Below, piece by piece: positions 24,968 through 36,760 of a DNA stretch of 64,000 nt. Position 1 is the stretch's first letter; each line of letters opens with the position of its first letter. The notes beneath the pieces are model-generated. The model ran no database searches and was not told the DNA's origin. It was given only the letters and a program-made list of their open reading frames with translations. Position numbers and translations under genes: made by a program. The stretch comes from Cetorhinus maximus (taxonomy: Eukaryota). Where the stretch lies: assembly GCF_964194155.1 (NCBI RefSeq), contig NC_135880.1, positions 114,452,001 to 114,516,000 of the forward strand, written 5' to 3'.

Positions 24968-25500
24968 TAGAACCATAGAACACTACAGCACAGAAAACAG
25001 GCCCTTCGGCCCTTCTAGTCTGTGCCAAAATATTATTCCGCTAGTCCCATTGACCTGCACCTAGTCCATAACCCTCCAGACCTCTCCCATCCATGTATTT
25101 ATCTAATTTATTCTTAAAACTTAAGAGTGAGCCCGCATTTACCACGTCAGATGGTAGCTCGTTCCACTCTCACCACTCTCTGAGTGAAGAAGTTCCCCCT
25201 AATGTTCCCCCTAAACCTTTCCCCTTTCACCCTAAAGCCATGTCCTCTCGTGTTTATTTCTCCTAATCTAAGTGGAAAGAGCCTACTCGCATTTACTCTG
25301 TCTATACCCCTCACAATTTTGTAAACTTCTATCAAATCTCCCCTCATTCTTCTACGCTCCAAGGAATGAAGTCCTAACCTGTTTAATCTTTCCCTGTAAC
25401 TCAACTCCTTAAGACCCGGCAACATCCTAGTAAATCTTTTCTACACTCTCTCAATCTTACTGATATCCTTCCTGTAGTTAGGTGACCAGAACTTCACACA
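24968..25500 (-). mobile_element. CR1 LINE 3' end, relatively young
   Basis: LPGLKELSYRERLNRLGLHSLERRRMRGDLIEVYKI..RGNFFTQRVV plus tail ending ttctatggttcta. Confidence 0.9.
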
Positions 25501-25661
25501 ATTCTGCAGAACGTCTCAGGGGCTGCAACTTAACAGTGTTAGTGGCAACTCTGGTTGCTGAAGATGTCATAAAGCTTATTAATATATGCAAAAGTAAGTG
25601 CATAAACTGCTCTTCACTGTCCCTAGTAACACCAAACATCAGGGATGAACAGGTGTCCCTG

Positions 25662-26279
25662 GAGCTGAATATTCGGCTCAGCGAGCAGGGGCATGGCCCA
25701 CTCGCTGAGGTGTAAAATGACGCGGGGTGAGTTGGCTGTGTGCCTGCCGAACTGCCAAAGGCCTGTTAAGGCCATTAATGAACTAATTAAGCCTATTGAG
25801 AAAGCTGCCCATCCAACCTTAAGGTTGGTGGGCAGGCGAAGAGCCCAGACGGCCTTCGTATTTTTCATGGAACCTCATCCATGGGCGGGATGAGGTTTCG
25901 TGAATGATTTAAAATTTTCAGAAACATTTTTATTAAAATTAATGCACATGTCCCAGCTGACGGGACAGTTTCACATGAGGGGACATGTCATAAAAATTTT
26001 TACAACACTTTATTACACTGTTTAAATTTAAAACTAATCTCCCTGAGGTACCTCTGTGCCTCAGGGAGATTTCTGCGCTGTTTTGCGCATGTGCACTCCC
26101 AACACAAGGAACCCCCCCCCCCTGCCAGTGGGTGCACAGCGTTTTTGGGCGCATGTCACGCTTGGCGGGCCTTAATTTGCCAGCCCACGTAAAATGGCGG
26201 CATGGACCCGATTGGGGCGCTGTTCGGGTCCGTGCCTGCCCCCACACAACCCCCCACCGATTGGGGGAAAGTTCTACCC
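25662..26279. mobile_element. Harbinger-type MITE, multi-hairpin family
   Basis: Internal ccaaccttaaggttgg, cctcatcc/ggatgagg hairpin, terminus aaagttctaccc. Confidence 0.85.
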
Positions 26280-26322
26280 TTGGTGTCCACTCTTGCCATG
26301 ATGCAAATGATGGGAAGTATGT

Positions 26323-26587
26323 TGGGTGCCATATTTTTGACATTTGCATACTAATACACTGCACCCTATCATTCTTGGGCAGACATATTTTATACCCTCT
26401 ATCATGTCTGATATAGCAAATCCAAAAATTAGCAGGACTGAGTTGGTGGATTGGCTGCACCAATCTGTTAGAGATACGAGTGGATAACCTTGGTCTTAAT
26501 TTCTTTTTACCTCCCATTCATGATAAATGGTTGGATAATATAACCTATATAAATCTTTGAATTTTTAGCATCATTAGATGATAGAGT
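26323..26587 (+). repeat. Local ~260-bp direct repeat, copy 1
   Basis: Colinear with 27833-28087 (catatttttgacattt..agcaggactgagttggtggattgg..gaatttttag). Confidence 0.9.
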
Positions 26588-27573
26588 AGAATATACATCT
26601 TCTTCTACAATAATTGTATAACAATATTACATGATGAAAAAAGGAATACATTTGTTTTACGTTGCATTATAGATAAACAGAAGATAAAACCTGGAAATGC
26701 TGGAAATATGGGAAAACTACAAAATGCTGGAAGCATTTTGCTGGCGGTATCTGAAAAGAGAAAAGGGAGTTTAATATTTCAGCTGCAGTACCTTCAATAG
26801 GTACTAATGGCCCTATCGTGTATTTCCAGCATTTTCTGTTCTATACTGTAACTACACGTGTGGAGAATGAGACTCTATTTTTGACTCCTTTATTGGATCT
26901 CTCCCAGGAATACACATAGTCCAGTTGAATGAACTGCAATTTAAAATGACTTGATCCCAGGCCTCCGCCAATACTGCTACGAAATACCTGGTAGCACTAA
27001 AAATGGTGGCTTGCCATGTGTCAAGGAGTTTGGTGTGCACTGCTTTCTACTGTTCTGTGGTGCATTATGACGGGCCTTTGGTACATAGTGCTGATGTGTA
27101 TTGTGGACCTGCCACTTTCATCTATCATTCTAAATAGCAAAAAGATTAAAATGAGGAGAAATCACAAACCACACATTGCAAGATCTAGAGCTCACTGAAA
27201 CTCAAAATCTGACCACTGTAATCAGGAAAAGTTCCATCAATTTCAGTTGGCTGAGATTGCTATTAATATTAACTTGTATTAAAATACTAAAATGACCCAC
27301 CACATGGAGAAGGAAGTTGTGTGGTGGGCATGTGATTCCTCACAGAAAGTTTTGCATCTCCTTCTGATGGGGCGCTGGGGGAAAAATGATAAAGGTTAAG
27401 AAGCCTGAGTTAGTTTTGTAGAACTCCAAGCAGCTGATGACAGAGCACCATCAAGCATAGGCCCATGAGAATGTACTGTCTGTCCTCTAGAATGAGCAAT
27501 AATGTGGGTTGGCAGAAAATAATTTTTTTTTCAGTGGAAAACCTTATTTAACATGCACATTTCTAAATCTCAC

Positions 27574-27651
27574 CTTGATCCTTTCAATGCCAGCTTCAAT
27601 CCTTAACTGTTCCACCATTTTCCTTGCCTGAGCTATGTTGTTCGTTGACAT
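27574..27651 (-). CDS. gng7: G protein gamma-7 subunit, coding exon 1 ([26 protein letters not shown]); whole exon 27574-27680 including 29 nt of 5'UTR
   Basis: Hand translation of the minus strand. Acceptor gtttttccttatctAG precedes 27680; phase-0 donor AAG|GTGAG at 27574/27573. Peptide is nearly identical to the vertebrate GNG7 N-terminus ([23 protein letters not shown]). Confidence 0.96.
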
Positions 27652-27832
27652 AGTCACAGTTTATCCAACAGGCCAACTTTCTAGATAAGGAAAAACAAAT
27701 AATTAATTACCATAAAAAGCATAAACACAAAAGTATTTATGACAACAGAAAATATATCAACTTTCATGGCAGGTTTAGTGGTGTTCCTAAAAATATATAT
27801 TTTCAAAAAAAATTGCAGTTTAAATCCTTTTA

Positions 27833-28087
27833 TGGGCTGTCATATTTTTGACATTTACATATTAATACTCTCTCATACTTGTGCAGACATTTTATATCCT
27901 CTATCATGTCTGATAGCAAATCCAAAAAGCAGCAGGACTGAGTTGGTGGATTGGTTGCACTAGTCTGTTAGAGATGTGAATGGGTAGCCTTGGTCGTAAT
28001 TTCTTTTCACCTCCCATTCAAATTTAAACAGCTGAATAATATAACCCATATAAACCTTAGAATTTTTAGTATCATTAGACAATAGTG
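27833..28087 (+). repeat. Local ~260-bp direct repeat, copy 2
   Basis: Colinear with 26323-26587. Confidence 0.9.
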
Positions 28088-28298
28088 CTGAAAGTTTGGC
28101 AGGCTTCCAGTCCTGATAACTGTCATCCAGTCATTCTTGATGGAAAGTGGATGTCAGATGAGGACATACTGGCCTCAATTGTGAACCCCTCTGACTCTGC
28201 CTATCCTCAGAGTTTGGGTTGTGTCAGGAAAATATAATAATTTCCATAATTGTTATTGGAATTTATTATAAAATAGAGTAATAGTGGGATGTGTCTAT

Positions 28299-28427
28299 GG
28301 CCAGGATTTTCCGGCCCCATTGTGGATGGGACCCGCCGCGGGCGAGGCGGCGTCCCAGCCAGAAGTCCATTGCCTTGTGGTGGTACCGGAAGATTCTGGC
28401 GGCGGGCAGGTGTGGAAAATCCCGACC
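28299..28427. mobile_element. 129-bp Harbinger-type mini-MITE
   Basis: TIR ggccaggattttcc / ggaaaatcccgacc, TSD tat. Confidence 0.8.
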
Positions 28428-28528
28428 TATATGTGTATGTGAGAGACTTAATTGAATTAGAGACAGCTAGCCTGGGTGCTTTGATGCAAGAAGAGAAGCT
28501 AGGCTTGAAGTGTTAATTAGGTAAACAT

Positions 28529-29120
28529 GGGGGAGATTTTCTGCCTGTTGGGCAGGCCTGTGATTGGCTGCATGCGCCATTTTGCGTGGGCGGGCCAATT
28601 AAGGCCCACCCAGCGTGACGCGCACTCAGAAGCGCTACCTGTGCGGGTGGGGGGAGGAGGGAGAGTTGGGGCCTTTGCTCTTTCGCGCACGTGAGTGAAA
28701 GAGCACAGAAATCTTCCTGAGGCACGGAACTGCCTCCGGGAGATTAATTTCAAATGTGAATTTCAAATTAAGAAGCTGGAAAATCACTTACATGTCCCCT
28801 CATGTGATAGCGTCACATGAGCTGGGACATGTTTTTCAAATGTTCCAAAAATATTTATTATTGTTATAAACCCTTCATTCCACCTGTGGATGAGGTTTCA
28901 TGAAAAATGCGAGGGCTGCCTGGGCTCTTCGCCTGCCCACCAACCTTAAGGTTGGATGGGCAGCTATAACAGGCCTTTGACAGTTCGGCGGGTGCGCAGC
29001 CGGCTCCGGTGCGCGCCCGCCGAACGGAAGATCATAATGACATGCGGTGATGTCTGGACGCCTGACGTCACCGCGCATCATTTTATGTGTCGGTGTGCCT
29101 GCACACCGACACATAAATTG
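28529..29120. mobile_element. Harbinger-type MITE, multi-hairpin family (right end eroded)
   Basis: Family motifs as at 5644-6251. Confidence 0.85.
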
Positions 29121-29327
29121 AATTTGACTTGATCAGGGTATGATATTTCTTTGCCTGGATATGTGTCTTACTTTGCCTTAATGAAAGTATAACTAGGAGT
29201 CAAATCAAGTAGGAGATTTAGAAGTCATCATTGTAGTAATTTGTGGATCTATGTATGTATTTAAAATCATTTCTCTTATTAATAAATGTTTAATCTAGTT
29301 TTGAAAAAACCTATAAGACTTGGGGTA

Positions 29328-29719
29328 AAAGCAAAAAACTGTGGATGGTGGAAATCCAAAACAAAAATAAAAATACCTGGAAAAACTCAGCAGGTCTGGC
29401 AGCATCTGCGGAGAGGAATACAGTTAACGTTTCGAGTCCGTATGACTCTTCAACAGAACCGGTAACAGAGCCAGTACTGTAGAGTTGCTGGCCTCTGATT
29501 GGCTGAGAGCTCAGAGGCTGGACCTCCTGTTGCTGAGGGGCGGAAGTACCACCTCAACCCAACTAATGACCAATGGGCTGTTCAGTTCCTGCGGGGTAGG
29601 TGTTGCGCCTGTGGACGGACTCTTCTGTTGAAGAGTCATACGGACTCGAAACGTTAACTGTGTTCCCCTCCACAGATACTGCCGGACCTGCTGATTTTTT
29701 CCAGGTATTTTTATTTTTG
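29328..29719. mobile_element. Inverted pair of Penelope termini enclosing a captured 148-bp filler
   Basis: Arms 29362-29458 and 29623-29719 are reverse complements. Filler 29474-29621 matches 30338-30485. Confidence 0.9.
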
Positions 29720-29998
29720 TATAAGAATTAGGGGTATTGTTACTACTGAATTCAAGGCATGCATCTTGAAATTTATACAAATTGCAAGTAAGTTGTGGCA
29801 GATGTTTCAAATTTCCCTCTGGGATTTGAATAGCTCAGCATTTACCATCTGCTGTGTCATAACAGTTGTGCACAGAAAATGCCCACTTCGACAAGGTAAT
29901 GCTTGTACAGGTTAAGTTAGCATTTTCAAAACAGGGAAGAAAATTAGGGGAAATGTTATTCAAAATATCTTCTATTTTCTTTGAGTTACTAAAACAAG

Positions 29999-30540
29999 GG
30001 GCTGGATTTTACTCTCCCACCGGCGTATTTGAAGGTGGGGGGTGGGACTGCATTAAATCCAGCGTGTGCTGTGCCTGCTGCTTACCTGCCAGCTCCTGCC
30101 AGCGGTGAGATTTAAGCAGCAGTGGTAGAGGTCCATGCCAAGTGTCCAGTCTGGCCCTTCCAGATCCTCCTCCCACCCTCTGGCCTTTCTACCCTGGCCC
30201 CAGCCCTCTCGCCAGGACCAGCCACCTTCGCTCTGGCAAGACTCCCAACACTTACCTCAAATACCAGATTCAGCACTGCACGCCTTCCTTTCTGCCACGT
30301 GTAGTGCCAGCAGTGGCCACCACTCCTGGTGTAGGTGGTACTGTAGAGCTGCTGGCCTCTGATTGGCTGAGAGCTCAGAGGTTGGACCTCCTGTTGCTGA
30401 GGGGCGGAAGTACCGCCTCAACTCAACTAATGGCCAATGGGCTGTTCAGTTCCTGCGGAGTAGTTGTTGGGTCTGTGGACGGACTTTTTAACTAGGAGGT
30501 GGGGTAGTTGGCGGTGCAATGGCCCCATTAAATACAACCC
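29999..30540. mobile_element. Harbinger-type MITE, second family
   Basis: Termini gggctggatttta / taaatacaaccc, TSD aag. Confidence 0.7.
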
Positions 30541-31296
30541 AAGGTTTTCTGAACTGAACTTACAATGCTACTTTTTATTTTGTGCTGCTCACTAACATGC
30601 TGTCAGTCATAATTCAACTGGAATCATCTGTCTACAAGAGGGTCTATTTTAAAATCAAAGTACAGGTTAGATAAGCTAGAATTCTTCTGTGTAATTTGTA
30701 GCTGTGATGAAGTGGTTCTGGGTTTTACAATAAAAAAACCTCACAATGAAATAACTTAATTTCAAAACCTCTCTGAAGAGCACTTGATAGCCTTTTGTGG
30801 AATATTTAACTAGTAAATCTGTGTTAATAATATCCCTTCACAATACAATATTTTGGAAATTCGGGCAAAATGTGATGAGAAAGAAAACAAAAAACTCACT
30901 GTGGGACAATGTAGCATTAAAAGCTCCAGAGAAAGTGGATACCTGGAAAATTAACACTAACTGCAACCAATAATCTGTTCTTAGGATCAGCTATCTTATA
31001 TAGCTGGGCTCAACCCACAAGAATTCTATCCTTAACGTTTGAGTTCTTTAAAATCGAGGATTTCTGTCACAACTAATCCAGGTTAAGAGTGAGTGTGTTG
31101 TTAAGTATTTTGATGCATTAATATTTTGCATGAAACAATATGATTCTTAATGCCCCAGGTTGTACTTAGACAGGTTGACACTGCAGCTTTGTCTAGGTGA
31201 AGCAATAACTTTCCATTGTAGCCTACTCATTGTACAATTTGTGTTAGCTATATAAACTAATAAAAGTCACTGTGTTTGATGAGATCCAGACTTGTT

Positions 31297-31955
31297 GGGC
31301 TTGATTTTTCATTCTGAGGTCAGAAACCTGTTGTCCAGATAATTTCTGAGTTCTGACCCTGCGACTTCAAATCATAATGCCCTAATTGGGTTGGAAGCGA
31401 GCTCAGTGTACAATTAGTGGTGCCGAGCTCTGCGAGGAAGCAGGAGCTGCCTTCAAAAGGAGCAGTGGTCAAAGGCAGATGGCAGCCATTATGAGGCCTG
31501 CCACTACCTTGCACAAGAGAGGAGGCTGGAATTTGGCGGGCCAGAAGCCTCAGCGCTCAGAGAAATGGCCAAATGGTCAGCCAAATGATACTGTGCCTTA
31601 TCTCACATTGAAACCCCTGACAGAAAAGATTTTTCTGATTTAAAAAGAACTTTGCAGCTTCCTGCATTGAACGCAACAGCTGTGCATTAATGTGCACCAA
31701 ACTGTTTGGGTTTCGCGATTTCCGATGTGAAAATTGGTCCCTGGCTCTCCCCAGCCTGTTTACAATCTCCAGAAGGAGCTTAACAGGAAATGAATTGGAG
31801 GTGAGTGGGTTTGCGGTTACCCCCCCGTCGACCTCCTTTTGAAAACTGCGTCGCATTTTGCAGGAGTCGGAATCTAGTGATGCTATCCAGGTATCAAAAT
31901 TTCAGTGAGTCCTTGCACCTCTACTTTCCCCCTCCTGCAACTGAAAGTTCAGCCC
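31297..31955. mobile_element. Harbinger-type MITE, third family
   Basis: Termini gggcttgatttttca / tgaaagttcagccc, flanks gtt/att, GC-richer than surroundings. Confidence 0.55.
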
Positions 31956-32040
31956 ATTAATTCAATGAAAGTACAAAATGAATGAACACCTGTTGTGACC
32001 AAAACAGTAAGAAAGTGCAAGAAAACAATGGCTTGACCAT

Positions 32041-32571
32041 GGGCAGGATTTTCTGTTCATCAGGCAGGCGTGGTGGGTGGGCCGAGAAGTGGCGGGGAAA
32101 AGGTCCGCCGTCCAGGGTCGGTCTCCAAACGCGATTTCACACTGGCTGGCCAATTAATGGATTTTTAAATCCGGTAAAAAATGTCCATGCAACACAAGCA
32201 GTCACCTGAGCATAAACATTATAAAAATTCTGTGCATAGATTTTAATTTTTTTAAATTTAATGACGGAAACCTCATCTTGCTCTTGGATGAGGTTTCCTG
32301 AAAAATGCAAAGGCTGTCTGGTTGATTTGCCCACCCACCAACCGTAATGTTGGATGGGAAGTGAAAAATCCCAGTTAATTGCGCTGTTAATGGGCTTAGT
32401 AGTCCTCTTCTTTGACAATGGGCATGCTTCCTAGTTTAGTGCGTGACCGCTGACTGAAATATCGCACGAGTGCTCGATGACATCAGGACGCTCGCCCGAT
32501 GTCATCATGCGCTATGTTATGCTCAAGTGGGTCGGGCACGCGCCCGTCCACTCAGCCAAAAATTCTGGCCC
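32041..32571. mobile_element. Harbinger-type MITE (internally deleted)
   Basis: gggcaggatttt / aaaattctggccc termini and family motifs. Confidence 0.85.
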
Positions 32572-32579
32572 AGGTATCA

Positions 32580-32978
32580 TTCTTAAACATTCACTCCCTC
32601 CACCACTGACATATCGTAGCAGTAGTGTGTACTAACTACATGATGCACTGCAGCAACTCACCAAGGCTCCTTCGACAGCACCTTCCAAACCCGCAGCCTC
32701 TACCACCTAGAAGGACAAGGGCAGCAGATGCTTGGGAACAACACAACCTACAAGATCCCCCCACAAGCCACACACCACCTTGACTTGGAACTATATCACT
32801 GATCCTTCACTATTGTTGGGTCAAAAGCCTGGAACCCCTTCCTGACAGCACTGTGGATGTAACTACACCACATGGATTGCAGCAGTTCAAGAAAGTGGCT
32901 CATCACCATCTTCTGAAGGGCAATCAGGGATGGTCAATAAATGACGGCCTAGCCATATCCTGTGAACGAATAAAAAAT
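32580..32978 (+). mobile_element. 3' fragment of the 8030-11404 LINE family
   Basis: aacattcactccctccaccactg..cagcaactcaccaaggctcc..tail. Confidence 0.85.
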
Positions 32979-32989
32979 ATATCTTCTAA

Positions 32990-34450
32990 ATCTACATGCA
33001 TTCCCTTCAAGCCCAATATACCCTTCCTTGAATGCAGTGTCCAGAACTGCTCTAACCAGGGCTTTGTACAGCAGTAGCTTGGCTTCTACTCTCTTTATTC
33101 TGATCCTCTAGATGTAAAGGCAAGCATTCCATTGGCCTTTTGATCATTTTTTGTTTCTGTCCATAACATTTTAATGATCTGTATACATGGACCCATAAGT
33201 GTCTTTGACCTCCACTGTTTCTAGCTTTTCACCTTTTAGAAAGTACACTGATCTATCCTTTTTAGGTCCGAAGTGGATGACCTCACACTTGCCCATATTG
33301 AAATCCATTTGCCACAGTTTTTCTCATTAGCTTAATCTAATAATATCTTTGTAATTTTATGTTTCCGTCTACATTGCTTACAATGCTACCTACGTTTGTG
33401 TCATTGGAAAACTTGGATACCTGACTATCCTGTAATCTAACTCATTAATAAATACAACGAATAGTTGAGCCACAAGACAGAAATCAATGGAATATTAATA
33501 GTCACATCCTGCTATTAAGATTACCTACCCATTGTCTTGCTCTCCGTCTCCTCCTGCTGAGCCAATTTCCTAATTATGTAAATAGTTTGCCCTCAATCCA
33601 ATGAACTTCAACTTTAGCTGGCAGTCTTTTATGAAATACAGTATTCACACCTTCTGGAGGTCTATATAAATCAGGTTCATCAGGTATTAACCTCCACTTT
33701 ACAAATCCATGCCAGCTCACTCTTTGATTAGTTGAAAATTTTCAATGTTCAGTCATTCTATCCTTAACTATAGGCACTGGTATTAGCCCGACAATAGATG
33801 TTCACCTAACTGGTCTATAATTCCCTCGTTTCTTCTCTTGCCTTTCTTAAATAGCAGAGTGACATGCAATTTTTCAATCTAAAGAAACGGTTCCTGAATC
33901 AAGAAAACCTCGGAGGATTACAGTTAGGGCATCTGCAATGCTCTCACCTACTTCCTAGGATGAAAACAATCTGGTCCTGGGGATTTGTCTTTAGTGCCTT
34001 TGTTTTCATCATAACTGTCAATTTTCTCATTAATTACGCTGAGTTCCAATCCCTGATTCAATATTAGTTTCCTTGGGATGTAAATTCTACTGTAAATACT
34101 GATGCAAAGTAATTATTTAACAGGCCTTTCAATTCCTTATTTTTAACTATAATATCACCATTATGAGATTTTAAGGGTCCCATATTGCTATTAACATATT
34201 ATCATTGCAGAAGTTTTTTTTGTATTGATTTTGATAATCCTTGCCAGTCTATTCTCAGATTTGTTTTTTGTAGCTCTTACGATGTTTTGTCACCCATTGC
34301 TGTTCTTTATATCTCTCCCATTTGCCAGGATCTGAGTTATTTTCTGCATTTGTCTATGTTTTTTCTTATGGCTTGATATTGTACCTTTTCTCTTTCTTTC
34401 TCCATGGCTGCTTTTCTCAGCAAGTAGTGCTCTTGCCCCTTAGGGACATA
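32990..34450 (-). mobile_element. Degenerate CR1 ORF2 fragments
   Basis: Minus strand aatggatttcaatatgggcaagtgtgaggtcatccacttcgg (MDFN..KCEVIHFG) and aattatagaccagttag (NYRPV). Confidence 0.7.
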
Positions 34451-34808
34451 AATTTACAGTAGAAATGCTCTTACAGTAGTCTATCGCTGCCCTAGATTTA
34501 GTATTTTGCAAGCACAGAAACAGATAGTTTAGTTACCCGCAGTCTGAAATGAATTAGGTGAATGTTAGAGCATACAAGCCTTGTTAAGTTTCAAGCCATC
34601 TCTTAAAATGATAGAATATGAACATGAAACTGGTCCAAGAATGTTAGCAGCAGGATCACTAAATAGCAGATCATGTAACGTACAGAATGTTTCTTACCTC
34701 TACAAATACTATGGGAGATACTCTCCTTATTTCTATCTTTAGCCATAATTGTTTAGCCTGACACAAAACATAGAACTTTAGCATAACTGCACAAATCTGA
34801 TTTCTTAC

Positions 34809-34889
34809 CTCTGAACGAACTATGGCGTTTGCTAGATCTGCAGTAATCATTGAAACAGTGGATTTGCAGAAATGTTTATCTTCAGCGTA
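34809..34889 (-). other. Candidate 5'UTR exon of gng7 (81 nt)
   Basis: cttgtttgtAG acceptor and GAG|GTAAG donor in non-repeat sequence upstream of coding exon 1. That exon begins at an acceptor, so at least one upstream exon must exist. No transcript evidence. Confidence 0.3.
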
Positions 34890-35699
34890 CTACAAACAAG
34901 TTTATGCTATTTACTAACTCCTGCCCACTTGCAAAACAGCACTTAACAAGAAGCTGAATTTTTTGTTCCTTTCATTACTCATATTTACCTACAAATAACT
35001 GCAACAACTGTGCAGCACTATCTTAGAGTTCCCTATTTCAACACTAACAGCAAGACGGAAGATGTTAATTTTCCACATCAGTGCATTTATGCAGTTTCTC
35101 AGAAAAGGAAAATGCCCAGGCTCCATTGAGGAAAAACAAATCAGTGTTGGATTGCCATAATGAGCTAAATCAGGAGATACTCTGATGATGCTGGCTGATG
35201 TGCTTTATCCTCAGACATTTCCTGTTTTTATTTGAAGATGTAAGTCCTGTATTTACTAATCATATGAAAAAAGTACATCCTCATGGATTCACTGCTTCTT
35301 GCCTCCTTGTACCTGATGGGTTTCCTAAGGTCAGATCACTGTTAAACCAAGGCACAAAGCCTCATTAAAATATTTAAGCAACTAACCCACTTCCTGAGGA
35401 TCAATAGATCATCTGTCCCTCATCCCCCCTCTGTAAAACCAGAAATGGGCAGATTCGGTTCTTGTTTCAACCTTTTAACTTTTGAACCTCCCATTTGAAC
35501 CAAACCCAACTGTTTCTGGTGGTTAAAATTACTCCCTCTTTCTCTCTCTTTGCTTTTGCTGCCTGACCTGCTGAGTATTTCTAGCCTTTCTGTTTTTAAT
35601 ACAATTGTAATGGTTATGTGGTCTAAATTTACATCTGGAGTAGGAACAAGAGAGGGAATATTTAACCAAGACCAATTTTTGATAAATATTTAGAAGTAA

Positions 35700-36760
35700 A
35701 TATGTTTAATAGACTATGAAAATGCATTTGATGCTGTTTGTCACCAAAAGCTAATAGACATGCTGCTACACTGGCAGTAAAGATGTGAGATTTATCCAGA
35801 GCTTATATTGGGACCAAATAGCGAGCATCAAGTTAGAAGCTGGACAATCAGATGTGTTTCAAGTGAAGAGGGGAGTACGACAAAGCTTTGTACTGTCACC
35901 AAAATTATTCAATTTGTTCACAGAATAAATATTCAGAGGATTAGATGCATTTGTAGGGGTACAAATTGAAGGCAAGAACACAAACTTGTGGTATGCCGAT
36001 GACATAGCGCTACTTGCAGAATCTGAAGAGGCCTTACAAAATATCACAGAACAAGTAAAACTAGGAGTTTAGAATATAGATTGAGTATAAACACCAAAAG
36101 GACAAAATTAATGGTAGCTAGAAGGATTACATTAGAAGAAACTAGGGTGAAGATTGAAGTAGATGGTGCCATACTGTAACAAGAAGATAAGTTTGTCTAT
36201 TTAGGACAAGTAATAACAGGAAATGGTAGATGCAATGCTGAAGTCAAAAGAGGTATAGAGATAGCCAGAAGTATTATGAAGATGAAGGGTGTGTTAATGA
36301 CAAGAAAACTCAAGCTTGAAACAAGGAAAAAAACATATGAGATGCTACATTCTATCCACTTTCCTACATATCTCAGAAACCTAGACAACAAATAGAAGAA
36401 AATAGAGGCCTTTGGAATGTGGATGCTAAGATGTATGCTTAGATTTTTTTATACAGGCCATAAACATATGAAAAGATGCCTAAAATTGCAAGAGCAAAAG
36501 GAGCTCTTAAAAATGACCAGAAAATAAACTGTCTGTATTTCAATTATTTCTTCAGAGCTGAAGAGTTACAGGGATCTCTTCTAGGGGGAAAAGTAAAGGA
36601 CAGCAGAAAGAGGCAACAGCCTAGGCATATTTGGATGATGGACGTCACAGAACAGTTTCAGATGAGCCACAGTGGATGCGTGAAGATGGTGCAAAATAGA
36701 CGAGTGTGACAAGCAATGACAGTAGATTTCCTGGTAGGAATAGTTAAAAGCAGCAGCAGC
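35700..36760 (+). mobile_element. RTE-clade LINE, decayed RT and 3' end
   Basis: GVRQSFVLSPKLFNL, NLWYADDIALLAESEEALQ, IEAFGMWMLRCML read on the plus strand; (cag)n tail. Confidence 0.75.

Larger units (their letters stand above)
28222..29864 (+). mobile_element. Solo LTR carrying three nested insertions
   Basis: tgtcagga...tcataaca ends, 4-bp TSD gttg on both sides, AATAAA at 29281. Confidence 0.7.

Noticed and set aside
26685-26842. Short inverted repeat aaatgctggaaata / tatttccagcattt
   Set aside because: Probably a very old inverted Penelope terminus pair, too degraded to support a separate claim.
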